Below the pieces are notes generated by a model, which was given only the letters and a program-made list of their open reading frames with translations, ran no database searches and had not been told where the DNA came from. From a virus (lineage: Duplodnaviria > Caudoviricetes), in IMG/VR virus record IMGVR_UViG_3300031853_000003, positions 91,392 through 155,391 of that record: a DNA stretch of 64,000 nucleotides; one strand, written 5' to 3'. The translations under genes were made by a program, and so were the position numbers. The stretch's first letter is position 1, and every line of letters starts with the position of its first letter. Positions 18,285 through 28,738 of this stretch are shown here, in pieces.

Positions 18285-21200
18285 ATGGGTGTAAAAATCT
18301 ATAATGAAGGTAGAGTAGTAGGTTACAGTGCATACGAACTTTACGTCAAGCACTCACTGAGCGAAGATCCTAATACTCCACCTGCAACTGAGCTTGAATG
18401 GCTCTCATCTACAATAGCGATGGGCTCCTCAATGTTATTGAAGATCCCGACCGACGAAGTAAGCGGTCACCATCTTGTAGATTTTCAACTTCCTGAAAAT
18501 ACAAAACTTGCAGCTGCAAATACAATCCTTGGATCTCTCTTCCTAGGAGAAGCGGTAGTAGACGAAACCGGTTGGGCACAGAAAGTGACCAGTTACGGTC
18601 CACTTCTAACAAATTCAACTGCAAGACCTATATCTGGTCAGCATACTGCTGAAAGCACAGAGTATCCGACATCACTTTCGTCTCAGCTCAGTACTACACA
18701 GCAGAAACAGATTCTCAACTACATGAAGGTTGTAGATGGTATTGTTATTCAGCCAGGCAACTGGTCTGCGACAAATAGTACGCCTGCAAAGGATATGTCG
18801 CCTGTACTGTCTGAGAGACCTAGAGTGAGGATCTTCTTAAGTGACGCAGTCAAAGAAGCATTCTACGTTCTGCTAACAGGTTTCACACTACGCACAGTAC
18901 TTGCAGGAGTAAGCGGACTCGATGGTTCCACTGATACGTCAAATAACATTCCGGAAGACGGAGCATTCTTAGGACCTGGAATATTCCCGTGGGCAAACAA
19001 GATAGTATTCTCTATTCCGTCGATGTATGCTACATACTTCCTTGATAACAAGTATTCAAGAAAGATGTCAACAAACGGCAATCCGTCAACGAAGGAATCG
19101 TCAGCGAAAGAAGTTCATAGAATTCCTGTAGTAGATATGGAGACAACAGATCCTGCTACTTACTACTCGTCTAACTTCTCTGATAGCAGAGTACCTCTAG
19201 ATGTAGTAGATCTAAACAAGATCAACGGAGATGCTGTTTTAACTGTGTATCAAAGAGATGTAGCGTTCCCGCCTGCCCTCTTCGGTACAAAGGTCACAGC
19301 GACTGGCGAGCAGTATGCAAGTCCGCTAGATACAGTAGCTCCTGGAACAGTAAAGATGTTCAATGACACTGATAGAAGTGCTGCAGCTAGTAAGGCGATA
19401 AGTTTCCAGGATAAAATCAAGAATAACTACGCATTCTTCCGTGATACCCATGATTATGTAGTAAGGCAAATCAATCACACAGTATCCAGCAGTTCCAGCA
19501 ACTGGGTTGATATACCGGTAGCTGATACTTATGTAGATTCTATCTACGGAGCACTTGAAGATTCAGAAGTTATTCCGCCATTCTTCGTTAAACAATCAAA
19601 TAGTGGAGATCCATCAGATTATGCAGCGGTAACTACCATGTATACTCGTAGGATCCGAGGTAAAGTTTCAGATCAGTTTAGAACGGATTTTGGAATTGAT
19701 CCTGCAACTACGCAAGGATACAATTTCTTGCAATTGTTGATGCGGACAATCAACAGATCTGACACTAATCAGATAGATATATCAATAAACCATTCAATGT
19801 ATGATTACATCAAAGATGTCCCAGACTGGAAGTCGAAATATTTCTTCATCCTGCAAGGTAGCACAACTTTCAATGGAAATCATGTAAACAGCTTAACACT
19901 TGTTCCGGTAGCAAAACCTGTTGCAGGCGATGTTTCTCCCAGTAACACATTTGATTACATCTATAAATCCTATGGTCCTCAATTCAAGATACCTGTTTTA
20001 CTTCCTACATCTAGCACACTTGCAAATACTGCTGGAAGTTATGGACAGTACTTAGGCGGATATTGGAATGGAGAGGGTCCTACATCTCATAAGTCCATAC
20101 TTGAGTATCTGACAACAGTATGTGATATAAATCCAGTCGCCCTTATGGACTACAGACGTAAAGTTCCTGAGGTAGACGGATATACAGATTGGAGAGATGC
20201 ATACTCTGCAATAACTGTTAAGAATTTTGTATCCGCTGTAAGAGCAGATGCAGTAAACAGAGGAATAATTCCGTCTTCTGTAACACTTCAAAATATTCTG
20301 GATGGTGAATACACATATACATATCCGACTCCTGATGGTTCTGGAAATTATAGAAGCATCACCTTCCAGAAGATTGCAACACAGTATAGAACTAAGACAC
20401 TATCAGAGGTTTTTGAACTTGCAAAGTTCTACGATCTTAGCACAGGACAAGAGCTTAACAACGGTATCTCATTGAGGACACATTATGCTAAAGTAGCCAG
20501 CATTGAACTTACTGTAAATGGATCTGCAATGACATTGTCTGATGCACCTACATTGGTTATTGACTGGGATGACCAAGATTCACTGTATGAGCTTACAACA
20601 TCTGAACCGTCTGACTGGTCAACTAGATTCAGACATTATTTTACAAAGAGCGGATCTAATTACAGTAAAGTATCTGGTGATACTGCACCTGCATGGGCAG
20701 CAAGTACCTATTACAAGCCCATATATGAACTGTCTAACATCAAGTACACAGATACGTTGACATTCCAAACATCTGTACAGAAAGATTCTCCTGAGACCAT
20801 TGCACTTCCTTGGCCACAAGATTCTTCTCAGTATGTATTCAGTTCAGGTCCTCTCAACGTAACAAATGTTGCAGGTCTACATCAGACAAAGTCACTATCT
20901 GTTGCAGATAGCAGTGGTAAGATTTATGATATGTCAGGTGAAGGTGGAACTATCACAGATATGAAAGATGGTAACATTCACTGGGATGACATACTCAATG
21001 CACTTGTCAATAACAAGGCGATAGATGTTTTCAACACTACTCGATTCGCCAATGAGTTTTACAATCGTATTGTCGCAGGCGATGGCATCAAAGTAACACG
21101 TGACCCTAATGATGCTACGAAAACAAAGATATCAACTTATTTTGCTAAAGGACCCGGTATAGAATTATCAGCGGTAACAGACGCACACGGAGATACCTTC

Positions 21201-22085
21201 ATACAGATAACAAACACAGCAATGTACCCAGGTTCTGCAGCTGGATATCGAACCGTTGGTAGAAGTCATTACAATGCTGCATTCTTTGGAAACTTTGTAT
21301 CTGTTGATACAGGTACTAGCGAAGCACCTGGATTTGAAGATATTACACCAGCTTCCGGTAAGACGAAGTCTGCTATGTTAAGCTACTGTACTACATCTCC
21401 TAAGATAACAGTTAGTTTATTGCCTATTTTCAATGTAAATGGTGATGTAGATCAATGTTATATAAAAATAGCAGGTTCTGGATCAGAAGTTGATGGAAAC
21501 GGTAAAACACATCTGTATCATCTAGGAAATAAAGAATTCAGTGCTGATAAATTCCAGCTAGGACACTCTAATGGATATGACGGTCAGCCTCTATCTAAAA
21601 TATTCCATATACAGTTTAAGAATGAGGATTGGATTTACAAAGGTAAGTTGACAACTTCTCAGCCAGCTGATTGGGACACCAATTGGACAAACTATGCTAC
21701 ATATGTCAATGGTGAATACGTCAGGTTGTCTGGAAGCAAGCCTACTTGGCAAGCAAAGTCAGGCAGCTTCAACGGTTATTACAAGATAACTGATCATTTC
21801 AATTTATCTACATTACATTCAATGAGTTTCCAAGAAAACATGTCCGGTAATGATATCTGGAACATTCGAGGTATGTCAAGAGGATCTTGGACAGTTATCT
21901 GCGATCTAAACAAAACAAGTGCAAACGATCAGCACGAAAGTGCTGGATGGCTTGTATGTAACGCAGGATCAATCGCAGATGGGTTCAATAGCCAGCTAGA
22001 CGTTCTAGCTGCAACCGAAAGTAAGCAAGATAGCGATCTCTTTGCAGATTGGTTGAACCTGTTCCTACAAGGTATGTTCTACTAA
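18285..22085 (+). CDS. Large virion protein, probable tail fibre/receptor-binding protein
   Basis: 1266 aa rich in S/T/G/aromatics; N-terminal G.SAYE..V..EWL anchor motif; two LTTS.P.DW....Y repeats. Confidence 0.65.
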   Translation: MGVKIYNEGRVVGYSAYELYVKHSLSEDPNTPPATELEWLSSTIAMGSSMLLKIPTDEVSGHHLVDFQLPENTKLAAANTILGSLFLGEAVVDETGWAQKVTSYGPLLTNSTARPISGQHTAESTEYPTSLSSQLSTTQQKQILNYMKVVDGIVIQPGNWSATNSTPAKDMSPVLSERPRVRIFLSDAVKEAFYVLLTGFTLRTVLAGVSGLDGSTDTSNNIPEDGAFLGPGIFPWANKIVFSIPSMYATYFLDNKYSRKMSTNGNPSTKESSAKEVHRIPVVDMETTDPATYYSSNFSDSRVPLDVVDLNKINGDAVLTVYQRDVAFPPALFGTKVTATGEQYASPLDTVAPGTVKMFNDTDRSAAASKAISFQDKIKNNYAFFRDTHDYVVRQINHTVSSSSSNWVDIPVADTYVDSIYGALEDSEVIPPFFVKQSNSGDPSDYAAVTTMYTRRIRGKVSDQFRTDFGIDPATTQGYNFLQLLMRTINRSDTNQIDISINHSMYDYIKDVPDWKSKYFFILQGSTTFNGNHVNSLTLVPVAKPVAGDVSPSNTFDYIYKSYGPQFKIPVLLPTSSTLANTAGSYGQYLGGYWNGEGPTSHKSILEYLTTVCDINPVALMDYRRKVPEVDGYTDWRDAYSAITVKNFVSAVRADAVNRGIIPSSVTLQNILDGEYTYTYPTPDGSGNYRSITFQKIATQYRTKTLSEVFELAKFYDLSTGQELNNGISLRTHYAKVASIELTVNGSAMTLSDAPTLVIDWDDQDSLYELTTSEPSDWSTRFRHYFTKSGSNYSKVSGDTAPAWAASTYYKPIYELSNIKYTDTLTFQTSVQKDSPETIALPWPQDSSQYVFSSGPLNVTNVAGLHQTKSLSVADSSGKIYDMSGEGGTITDMKDGNIHWDDILNALVNNKAIDVFNTTRFANEFYNRIVAGDGIKVTRDPNDATKTKISTYFAKGPGIELSAVTDAHGDTFIQITNTAMYPGSAAGYRTVGRSHYNAAFFGNFVSVDTGTSEAPGFEDITPASGKTKSAMLSYCTTSPKITVSLLPIFNVNGDVDQCYIKIAGSGSEVDGNGKTHLYHLGNKEFSADKFQLGHSNGYDGQPLSKIFHIQFKNEDWIYKGKLTTSQPADWDTNWTNYATYVNGEYVRLSGSKPTWQAKSGSFNGYYKITDHFNLSTLHSMSFQENMSGNDIWNIRGMSRGSWTVICDLNKTSANDQHESAGWLVCNAGSIADGFNSQLDVLAATESKQDSDLFADWLNLFLQGMFY

Positions 22086-22118
22086 GGATCGCCATATAAA
22101 TTATAAGGAAGTGTATCT

Positions 22119-22370
22119 ATGAAGCGCAAAATAATTTCCGCAGAAGATCTCGGTTCAAAACAACTATTGAGTCAAGCGAATCAATCCCTATATGATACTT
22201 GGTACAATTACGCAGAAGACGGCGTATCGTATTCTTGGGTTGTGAAACATGTACAAGATACTGTGGAGCTTGCTTTTGAAGATGATGATATAGAACTACC
22301 AGCTAAATGGAGATCTCAAGTTAGAAAATATGTGAAAGATCATTATAATGACTATGATTGGAACTACTGA
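22119..22370 (+). CDS. Hypothetical (possible head-internal) protein
   Basis: AAGGAAG RBS; MKRKIISA N-terminus. Confidence 0.6.
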   Translation: MKRKIISAEDLGSKQLLSQANQSLYDTWYNYAEDGVSYSWVVKHVQDTVELAFEDDDIELPAKWRSQVRKYVKDHYNDYDWNY

Positions 22371-22380
22371 GGAGAATCTC

Positions 22381-22779
22381 ATGAAAATACTTTGCAAATC
22401 AGCACAACAGATTCCTGCAAGTACACAAGTGAAACGAGTAGGAAAGTATCTGTATAAACACCTCGAAACCTCATATGACTTCAATTCTGGTTCTAACATG
22501 TATGACGTGTATTTTACACTGTATTATCAGAAGAAGCATCCTAAACTTGGTATCGCTATCAATGGTATACAAGAGATACAGATCAACATCAACATAACTA
22601 CATATCAGAACAAATTGAGGGTGAACACTATAGAGGTTACACCTCAAGCAAGGACACTCGGATTTGATCTATTTACTCCGGATAAGCTCAATGATCTACA
22701 ATCTGCAATGAAACTGATTATGCAAAAAGTTGTAAGACGTGTAGAGAAAGCATATGAAGGTTTTGACATACTATTTTAA
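22381..22779 (+). CDS. Hypothetical protein
   Basis: GAGGAG RBS before ATG 22381. Confidence 0.65.
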   Translation: MKILCKSAQQIPASTQVKRVGKYLYKHLETSYDFNSGSNMYDVYFTLYYQKKHPKLGIAINGIQEIQININITTYQNKLRVNTIEVTPQARTLGFDLFTPDKLNDLQSAMKLIMQKVVRRVEKAYEGFDILF

Positions 22780-22815
22780 CCAACCCCTAACATTTCGATA
22801 GAAGCCGTAGCAGAA

Positions 22816-22850
22816 TTGCCCTTCAGTCTGACCGCTGAGGGGCAGTTTTG
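22816..22850 (+). terminator. Rho-independent terminator
   Basis: TGCCCTTCAG..CTGAGGGGCA followed by GTTTT. Confidence 0.75.
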
Positions 22851-22895
22851 TGTAAATTCGTTAAATATCATACAATGATCTAGGAGGTTGTTGAT

Positions 22896-23330
22896 ATGCC
22901 AAGTAGGATCAGTTGGAGCATAATCGGTCCTGACACAAATGGTTACACATACATTCTAGGCAAGTATGCTATCTATCTTCATATGATGAGATTCATGATA
23001 GGATTTCGTATAGTGTCGTATTCGCATAAGGTAACAGATATCGAAGTATCTGTTACACCTGGCGAAGCTATTTCAATCTACGATAGTACGAAATGTAATA
23101 CTGTAGAGCAGGCTATGCAGATGTGCGAGGATGAATTGAGCGAACTCTTTCGAGATGCTCAAAGCATCATGCGTGACCTCATTGCTGCGCTAGATGATCT
23201 TATTCATGAGAAATCAAATAACCTTGGCGTCGATGTTGATGATTCAGAGATTCAACAGCTTGTTTCAAAACGAGCTATCTGGGTGAAAGAACTCAACGAA
23301 CTGGAGAAAAATATCAGAAAGGACGGATGA
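22896..23330 (+). CDS. Hypothetical protein
   Basis: AGGAGG RBS; TCGTTA motif upstream. Confidence 0.65.
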   Translation: MPSRISWSIIGPDTNGYTYILGKYAIYLHMMRFMIGFRIVSYSHKVTDIEVSVTPGEAISIYDSTKCNTVEQAMQMCEDELSELFRDAQSIMRDLIAALDDLIHEKSNNLGVDVDDSEIQQLVSKRAIWVKELNELEKNIRKDG

Positions 23331-23331
23331 T

Positions 23332-23799
23332 ATGTCAACACATTATTCTGCATTATGCACAACAACTATGCCGTCGTTGGTACTCCCTACAGGAGAAATA
23401 TCTGAAGAATTCGCAAGATTTCTCACCGCATTTGAAGAGTGCATCAAGTATTCTAACTGGTCAGAGCTATACAAACTGACCGACATGGCATACTACGAAG
23501 ATGAATTCTGCGACGCTATCAAGTCTATGCACGGTAAACACTGGGACGAATATCGTTCATCATCGGAAAGATGTAGAGGCCTCTCCATCACAATTGATGC
23601 TGAAAGCTTCAACGAGATCAGCAGCTGCCAGCTTGCACGTATTCATGTAATCACATACATGTTGGTTGACGGTGAGGGTGGTCCCATTACACAGCAAGAG
23701 AAAACACTGCAACGTCATCATATGGACTGGTGGTTCACATATAAACGTGATAAATTCGTTATTGTAAGTGCGATACCTGAGGTGAAGATCATAACATAA
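23332..23799 (+). CDS. Hypothetical protein
   Basis: Coupled ORF. Confidence 0.55.
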   Translation: MSTHYSALCTTTMPSLVLPTGEISEEFARFLTAFEECIKYSNWSELYKLTDMAYYEDEFCDAIKSMHGKHWDEYRSSSERCRGLSITIDAESFNEISSCQLARIHVITYMLVDGEGGPITQQEKTLQRHHMDWWFTYKRDKFVIVSAIPEVKIIT

Positions 23800-23833
23800 C
23801 TTTCACCTTGTATAACTATCCAGGTGATGTCAT

Positions 23834-24097
23834 ATGAAGATGAGAGTTGAATACGTCAAAAGACGCCCTAATCAACTTGAGGAGGGCGTTTTATACATAT
23901 GCAAAGAATGTGAAGTTGCGTTTCATCTTTGCCCGTGCGGTTGCGGTGAGGAAGTAGTAACTCCTCTAGGTAATGAAGGCTGGCAACTGTTGGAACATGA
24001 AGATGGAGTAGTATCTCTGTATCCTTCAATCGGTAACTTCTCGTTCAGATGTCAAGCACATTACTTCATCATACAAAATGAAGTAGCGTTCGTCTGA
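23834..24097 (+). CDS. DUF6527-like metal-binding protein
   Basis: HLCPCGCGE.V..PL...W......VSL.PSIGN....C..HYFI pattern. Confidence 0.8.
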   Translation: MKMRVEYVKRRPNQLEEGVLYICKECEVAFHLCPCGCGEEVVTPLGNEGWQLLEHEDGVVSLYPSIGNFSFRCQAHYFIIQNEVAFV

Positions 24098-24223
24098 TGG
24101 AGAGGAGATGAGTAGAATGAAGAAGATCCTTATCTGATGTAAACATCATAGGCCACGCGGAGTTTTGTAATCTTCTGACAGCCTCCGCATACAACAAATC
24201 AAAAATAAAGGAGTAATTCAATC

Positions 24224-24970
24224 ATGAGAAAATTAACAACCGAAATCAAAGAAACACTCAGATCAATACCAGGGCTTGTCACGACGATATTCATCTTATC
24301 TTGCGTATGTATGAATCTCCTCGCCAACAAGTCTATTTTTAATACGCAGTACCTCGCGGTTACAGCTGGTATCTTCTTCTCCTGGATCGCTTTCCTCTGC
24401 ATGGATTGCGTCTGCAAGAGATTTGGATCGCGTGCTGCGACGATTCTCAACACTACGGCAACGGTCATTGCGCTGGTTACCTCTCTGCTGTTTGCACTCA
24501 TTGTCAAAGTTCCTGGTATCTGGGCATCTGTTTTCTCTGCACCGGAAGGTACCGGCGACGCTGTAAACACAGCCCTTGACGGAACATTTTCATCAACTTG
24601 GTACATTGTTGTAGGTTCTACTATCGCACTCTTCTTAGGTGGACTTACAAACTCTATCGTCAACAAGCTGATTGGCAAGAAAGCAGACAATGGAACATTC
24701 AAAGGATTTGCGATTCGTAGCTATCTGTCTACTGCGGCTGGCCAATTTGTAGACAACATCGTGTTTGCATTCTTCGTATCTTACATGTTCTTTGGATGGA
24801 GTATCCCTCAGGTGATCGGGTGTTCATTCTTCGGAATGCTTCTTGAGCTTGTTATTGAGATCGTCTTCTCTCCCCTTGGCTATCATGTTTCCAAGAAGTG
24901 GAAAGACGAAAACGTCGGCTCAGAGTATCTGAAGAAATATGCTTCCAAGGAGACAACTAATGCAGCTTGA
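24224..24970 (+). CDS. Queuosine precursor transporter (QPTR/VUT/YhhQ family)
   Basis: N.LANK, D....FG.R.A and RSY.ST..GQ.VDN..F motifs; about 6 TM segments. Confidence 0.88.
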   Translation: MRKLTTEIKETLRSIPGLVTTIFILSCVCMNLLANKSIFNTQYLAVTAGIFFSWIAFLCMDCVCKRFGSRAATILNTTATVIALVTSLLFALIVKVPGIWASVFSAPEGTGDAVNTALDGTFSSTWYIVVGSTIALFLGGLTNSIVNKLIGKKADNGTFKGFAIRSYLSTAAGQFVDNIVFAFFVSYMFFGWSIPQVIGCSFFGMLLELVIEIVFSPLGYHVSKKWKDENVGSEYLKKYASKETTNAA

Positions 24971-26417
24971 GACCTTATCAGCTGTGCAAATCGGGGACCT
25001 CGTCAACAAAGGCGAGGTCTCGCCGGTTGAAGTTATCAGATACTTCGCACAGCGTATTGATACACTGAATCCAAAGGTAAATGCTTTCACTTACACTAAA
25101 GTCGATGAAGCAATCAAAGAAGCTGAGAAGCTTGAATTGAGAATTCTAAAAGGCGAATACGGCGGACCGTTTGCAGGTGTACCTGTAGGCTTGAAAGACT
25201 TTCTCAACTCAAAGAAAGGCTGGTCAAACACTCATGGAGGAGTACCTGCTCTCAAGGCGATTGACACCTGCAACTCCAGGTTCTACTCTGCTGCGAAGAA
25301 GTTAGGAGCGATTGCTATCGGTAAGACCAATGCCCCTCCGTTTGGATTCAAAGGTACTTGTGATAACACAATGTACGGACCTACGCACAATCCTTACAAC
25401 TTGGAATACAATTCCGGTGGATCTTCCGGAGGTACTGCAGCAGCTGTTGCAAGCGGAATGATTCCTCTAGGAGAGGGCGGAGATGCCGGTGGATCCATTC
25501 GCATACCTGCAGCTTGGTGTAACTGTTTTGGCTTCAAGGCAGGCTTAGGATCTGTTCCGAGCGTATGCAGACCAGACGGTTGGACTGCTACACATCCGTA
25601 TTGCTTCAACGGCAGCATTACTAAGACGGTTGAGGATAGTGCAATCCTCTTCGATGCTATGAATCAGTATGACCCGCGTGATCCGATCAGCTTACCATTC
25701 AAGCACACCGCTAGATTAAAGATGAGTAATCCTATACGAGGAAGGAAAGTTGTTTTCACACCTGATTTTGGAATCTTTCCAGTTGATCCAAGGATCGCTT
25801 CCCTGGTAGAGTCGGCTGCGAAAGAGTTCCGACATGCCGGTGCAATCGTGCTGAATGACGACATCCACTTCCAGCACTCGTTGGATGAACTTGCTAGATG
25901 CTGGTGTAGATCTATTTCATTAGATACTACATTAGATATCCAAGAGTGGAAACGCAATGGGTTAGATCTGATAGGCGACCATAGCGATGAACTCACTCCT
26001 GAATTCATCTATTGGTATCATAAGACTCTTGAGACAGATATCTTCGATATTCGAGAGTTCAACGAAATCCGCACTGATGTCTTAGACACATTTGAGAATG
26101 CGTTCAAAGATGCAGATATCATCATCTCTCCAGTATCAGGATGTATGCCTCTTAAGAATTCAGAGCAGACTCCTGAGGCAATCCGAAAGATTGCAGGAAC
26201 CGAGTTAAGCAAAGATACAGATTTCATATCATTTGCAATGACGTTCCCGATCAACTTCGTCGGATATCCTGCAGCATCTATTCCGATCGGGTTCATTGAC
26301 GGACTTCCTGTAGGTATGCAGATAGTTGCACGTCAGTACCATGACGCAGATGTATTCATGTTTGCTCATGCGTATGAGAAGATGCATTCGTACTATCTTA
26401 CACGCCCTACCATCTGA
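24960..26417 (+). CDS. Amidase-signature family enzyme
   Basis: GVPVGLKD, GKTN, GGSSGG, GDAGGSIRIPAAW, GLPVGMQ; Lys-Ser-Ser triad intact; overlaps the QPTR stop. Confidence 0.92.
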   Translation: MQLETLSAVQIGDLVNKGEVSPVEVIRYFAQRIDTLNPKVNAFTYTKVDEAIKEAEKLELRILKGEYGGPFAGVPVGLKDFLNSKKGWSNTHGGVPALKAIDTCNSRFYSAAKKLGAIAIGKTNAPPFGFKGTCDNTMYGPTHNPYNLEYNSGGSSGGTAAAVASGMIPLGEGGDAGGSIRIPAAWCNCFGFKAGLGSVPSVCRPDGWTATHPYCFNGSITKTVEDSAILFDAMNQYDPRDPISLPFKHTARLKMSNPIRGRKVVFTPDFGIFPVDPRIASLVESAAKEFRHAGAIVLNDDIHFQHSLDELARCWCRSISLDTTLDIQEWKRNGLDLIGDHSDELTPEFIYWYHKTLETDIFDIREFNEIRTDVLDTFENAFKDADIIISPVSGCMPLKNSEQTPEAIRKIAGTELSKDTDFISFAMTFPINFVGYPAASIPIGFIDGLPVGMQIVARQYHDADVFMFAHAYEKMHSYYLTRPTI

Positions 26418-26480
26418 TACAACCTTCGTTAATAGTATAGTGTAAGCATCCTGTTTGCACTATACTATATTTATGATGAG

Positions 26481-27275
26481 GTGAATATCATGAATGGTAA
26501 ACACTGTAAGCCGAGACTGAGATCTCGAGTTACTGAGATAGGTTTTGTTATACTGATGTTTTGTGTTGTAGCAATACTGTTAGGCTTCATGATTAAAGCA
26601 GAGATCTATGACCAACCTGCAGAACCTACGCATGCAACTGATACTGCTACAATGTCAAAGGCCACCACAGAGTATCCAACAGAACAAGAGCTTCTGCAGT
26701 ATGATCTCCTACTTGTTAACAGAGAAAGTAAGTTACCACATGATTACACTGTCAACCTCGTGAAACTAGAAAACGGTCTACAAGTATCATCAGAATGCTA
26801 CGATGCATTACAGAAGTTATTAGATGATTGCATAGCTGCAGGTAACACACCGGTAGTTTGCTCAGCTTATAGATCTGTGGATGAACAGGCAGAATTGTTT
26901 GATGATAAGGTCTCAGAGCTGATGCGCGTATACAACTACTCCGAGAGCAAGGCGAAACAAGAAGCTGCGAAATCTGTTTCACCTCCAGGATACTCTGAGC
27001 ATCATACAGGTCTTGCAGTTGATATAGTTGATATCGACAACCAAAACCTCGAAACCTACCAAGAGGATACAGATACACAACAATGGTTGATAGCACATTC
27101 GTGGGAATACGGGTTCATTCTCAGATATCCAGAGGGCAAGAGTAGTCAAACTGGAGTTGGGTATGAACCCTGGCATTACAGATATGTAGGAGAGCACGTG
27201 GCTGCTGAATTACATGAGTCAGGTATGTGCTTCGAAGAGTATGTAGTAGGACCTGGATACTTTAACTATGAATGA
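26481..27275 (+). CDS. Membrane-anchored M15B D,D-carboxypeptidase (VanY-like)
   Basis: N-terminal TM, LLVN, SAYRS..Q, SEHHTGLAVD, GFILRYP, YEPWHYRYVG. Confidence 0.92.
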   Translation: MNIMNGKHCKPRLRSRVTEIGFVILMFCVVAILLGFMIKAEIYDQPAEPTHATDTATMSKATTEYPTEQELLQYDLLLVNRESKLPHDYTVNLVKLENGLQVSSECYDALQKLLDDCIAAGNTPVVCSAYRSVDEQAELFDDKVSELMRVYNYSESKAKQEAAKSVSPPGYSEHHTGLAVDIVDIDNQNLETYQEDTDTQQWLIAHSWEYGFILRYPEGKSSQTGVGYEPWHYRYVGEHVAAELHESGMCFEEYVVGPGYFNYE

Positions 27276-27466
27276 GATAATACAGATAGGCTACTGGGTC
27301 TATGAGATGCCTGATGAAGGTGTAGAGTTAAGAGCTTCTAATCGCATTGAACCAGATGACGTAGATATGTCACTAGTAGAATCGTTAAACTCAATACAAC
27401 AGCAACACATCAAAAACAATCAACAAATGTAAACAGAAACCAAATTCATGCTGTTGGGAGGAACTT

Positions 27467-28676
27467 ATGAGAAGCTACAATGTAAAACCCAGAAATTCAA
27501 CATCCAGAATCGCGGTCACATTTGATGACCACAACCTGCCGAGAGTACGCTTGGAGAATGTGTCGGAGGAGCAGTTACAGTCTGCTGGACTCTTCCTGCA
27601 GAACATCTCGCGAGATTACGTCATGCCGACCCCTCGCAAAAGAAAGCGTCGCTCTCTGAGAAAAGCGTTCATGAGAATGCTTCGTGCAATGACACAGGCA
27701 TTCACAGATCACAGCAAGTTTGTCAAAGAAACATCTCTTGCTGTCTATAAAGGTACACGGAGGTCTAGTATAGTTGACCAGTAAGGGCAAGCAACGCTGT
27801 AAGATGTGTAAGAGACGAGATTGTCTATACCACGCATCTCCAAAATCACATAACGCTTGTGATTACATTCTCTGCACAGGAAGGCGTAGAGATTGCCCTA
27901 CAGGTGAATTATGCAACAAATATGTTAAAGCAACTTCTGCGGAGCAGTCAGCTATTGCAGAACGAACCTGGAAACATTACAACTGGAACTACTCCGAAGA
28001 CGGAACACCATACTTGGAGGTATTTAGCAGATGGTGAATAACAACATCTTTCTTGTAATCGGACTTGTACTTGAGCTGATACTCCTGATAACAGCTATCA
28101 TACTGCTTGTAGCAGCTATCATCACTATCCGGAAGCTGCGTAAATCAGTAGAGGAATACTCAGAAGTATCATCAAAGTCGTTTTACCACACACAACAGCT
28201 TATCAGCGGCCAAATCCGGAAAGCTGAATCAGACATAATGAAACACTTAGACCCTAATTACATGAGGTGATATCATGAGGTGTTCATATTATCTGAGTCA
28301 TAAGAGCGACAGGAAGGGCAAGCTCAATATGGACGACATACTTCCGGGATTCTCAGAAAATCCTATGCTTTCCACAATGATGTTGACAGATGCACTTCAT
28401 CATAAGCACGCCGCAGATATGCAAGAACGTCGATTGGCAGTTGAAAAGCAGCTGTATCAACTCTACTATACAGAATCTGGTGAACTCAAAGAAGAGTATG
28501 CCGATAAGTCCTATCCGTTGATCCCGTTTCCGCTTATACATTCCAAAGGATGGAGATGTCCTGACTGCCAGATCAAATCATTTGACCCGGATACAATCGG
28601 CAAGATTGACAAATGTCCTAATTGTGGTCATCGACTTCAGTGGCCTGAAGGCAGCACAGATGCTGATAATGAATGA
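27467..28676 (+). CDS. Cluster of four small hypothetical genes (27467-27784, 27774-28037 Cys-rich, 28031-28270 single TM, 28275-28676 Zn-ribbon)
   Basis: Overlapping ORFs with GGAGG/GAGG RBSs. Confidence 0.55.
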
Positions 28677-28738
28677 TGTTCTTAGGTGGTTGATATGCCG
28701 TCAGCCACCTTATATATTTGTACGGAGGTGATTACTAG

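Noticed and set aside
24100-24223. preQ1 riboswitch upstream of QPTR
   Set aside because: A hairpin and an A-rich tail are present, but I cannot match class I, II or III consensus; needs cmscan.
26481-27275. Vancomycin-resistance locus
   Set aside because: Only a VanY-like peptidase; no vanHAX or vanRS.
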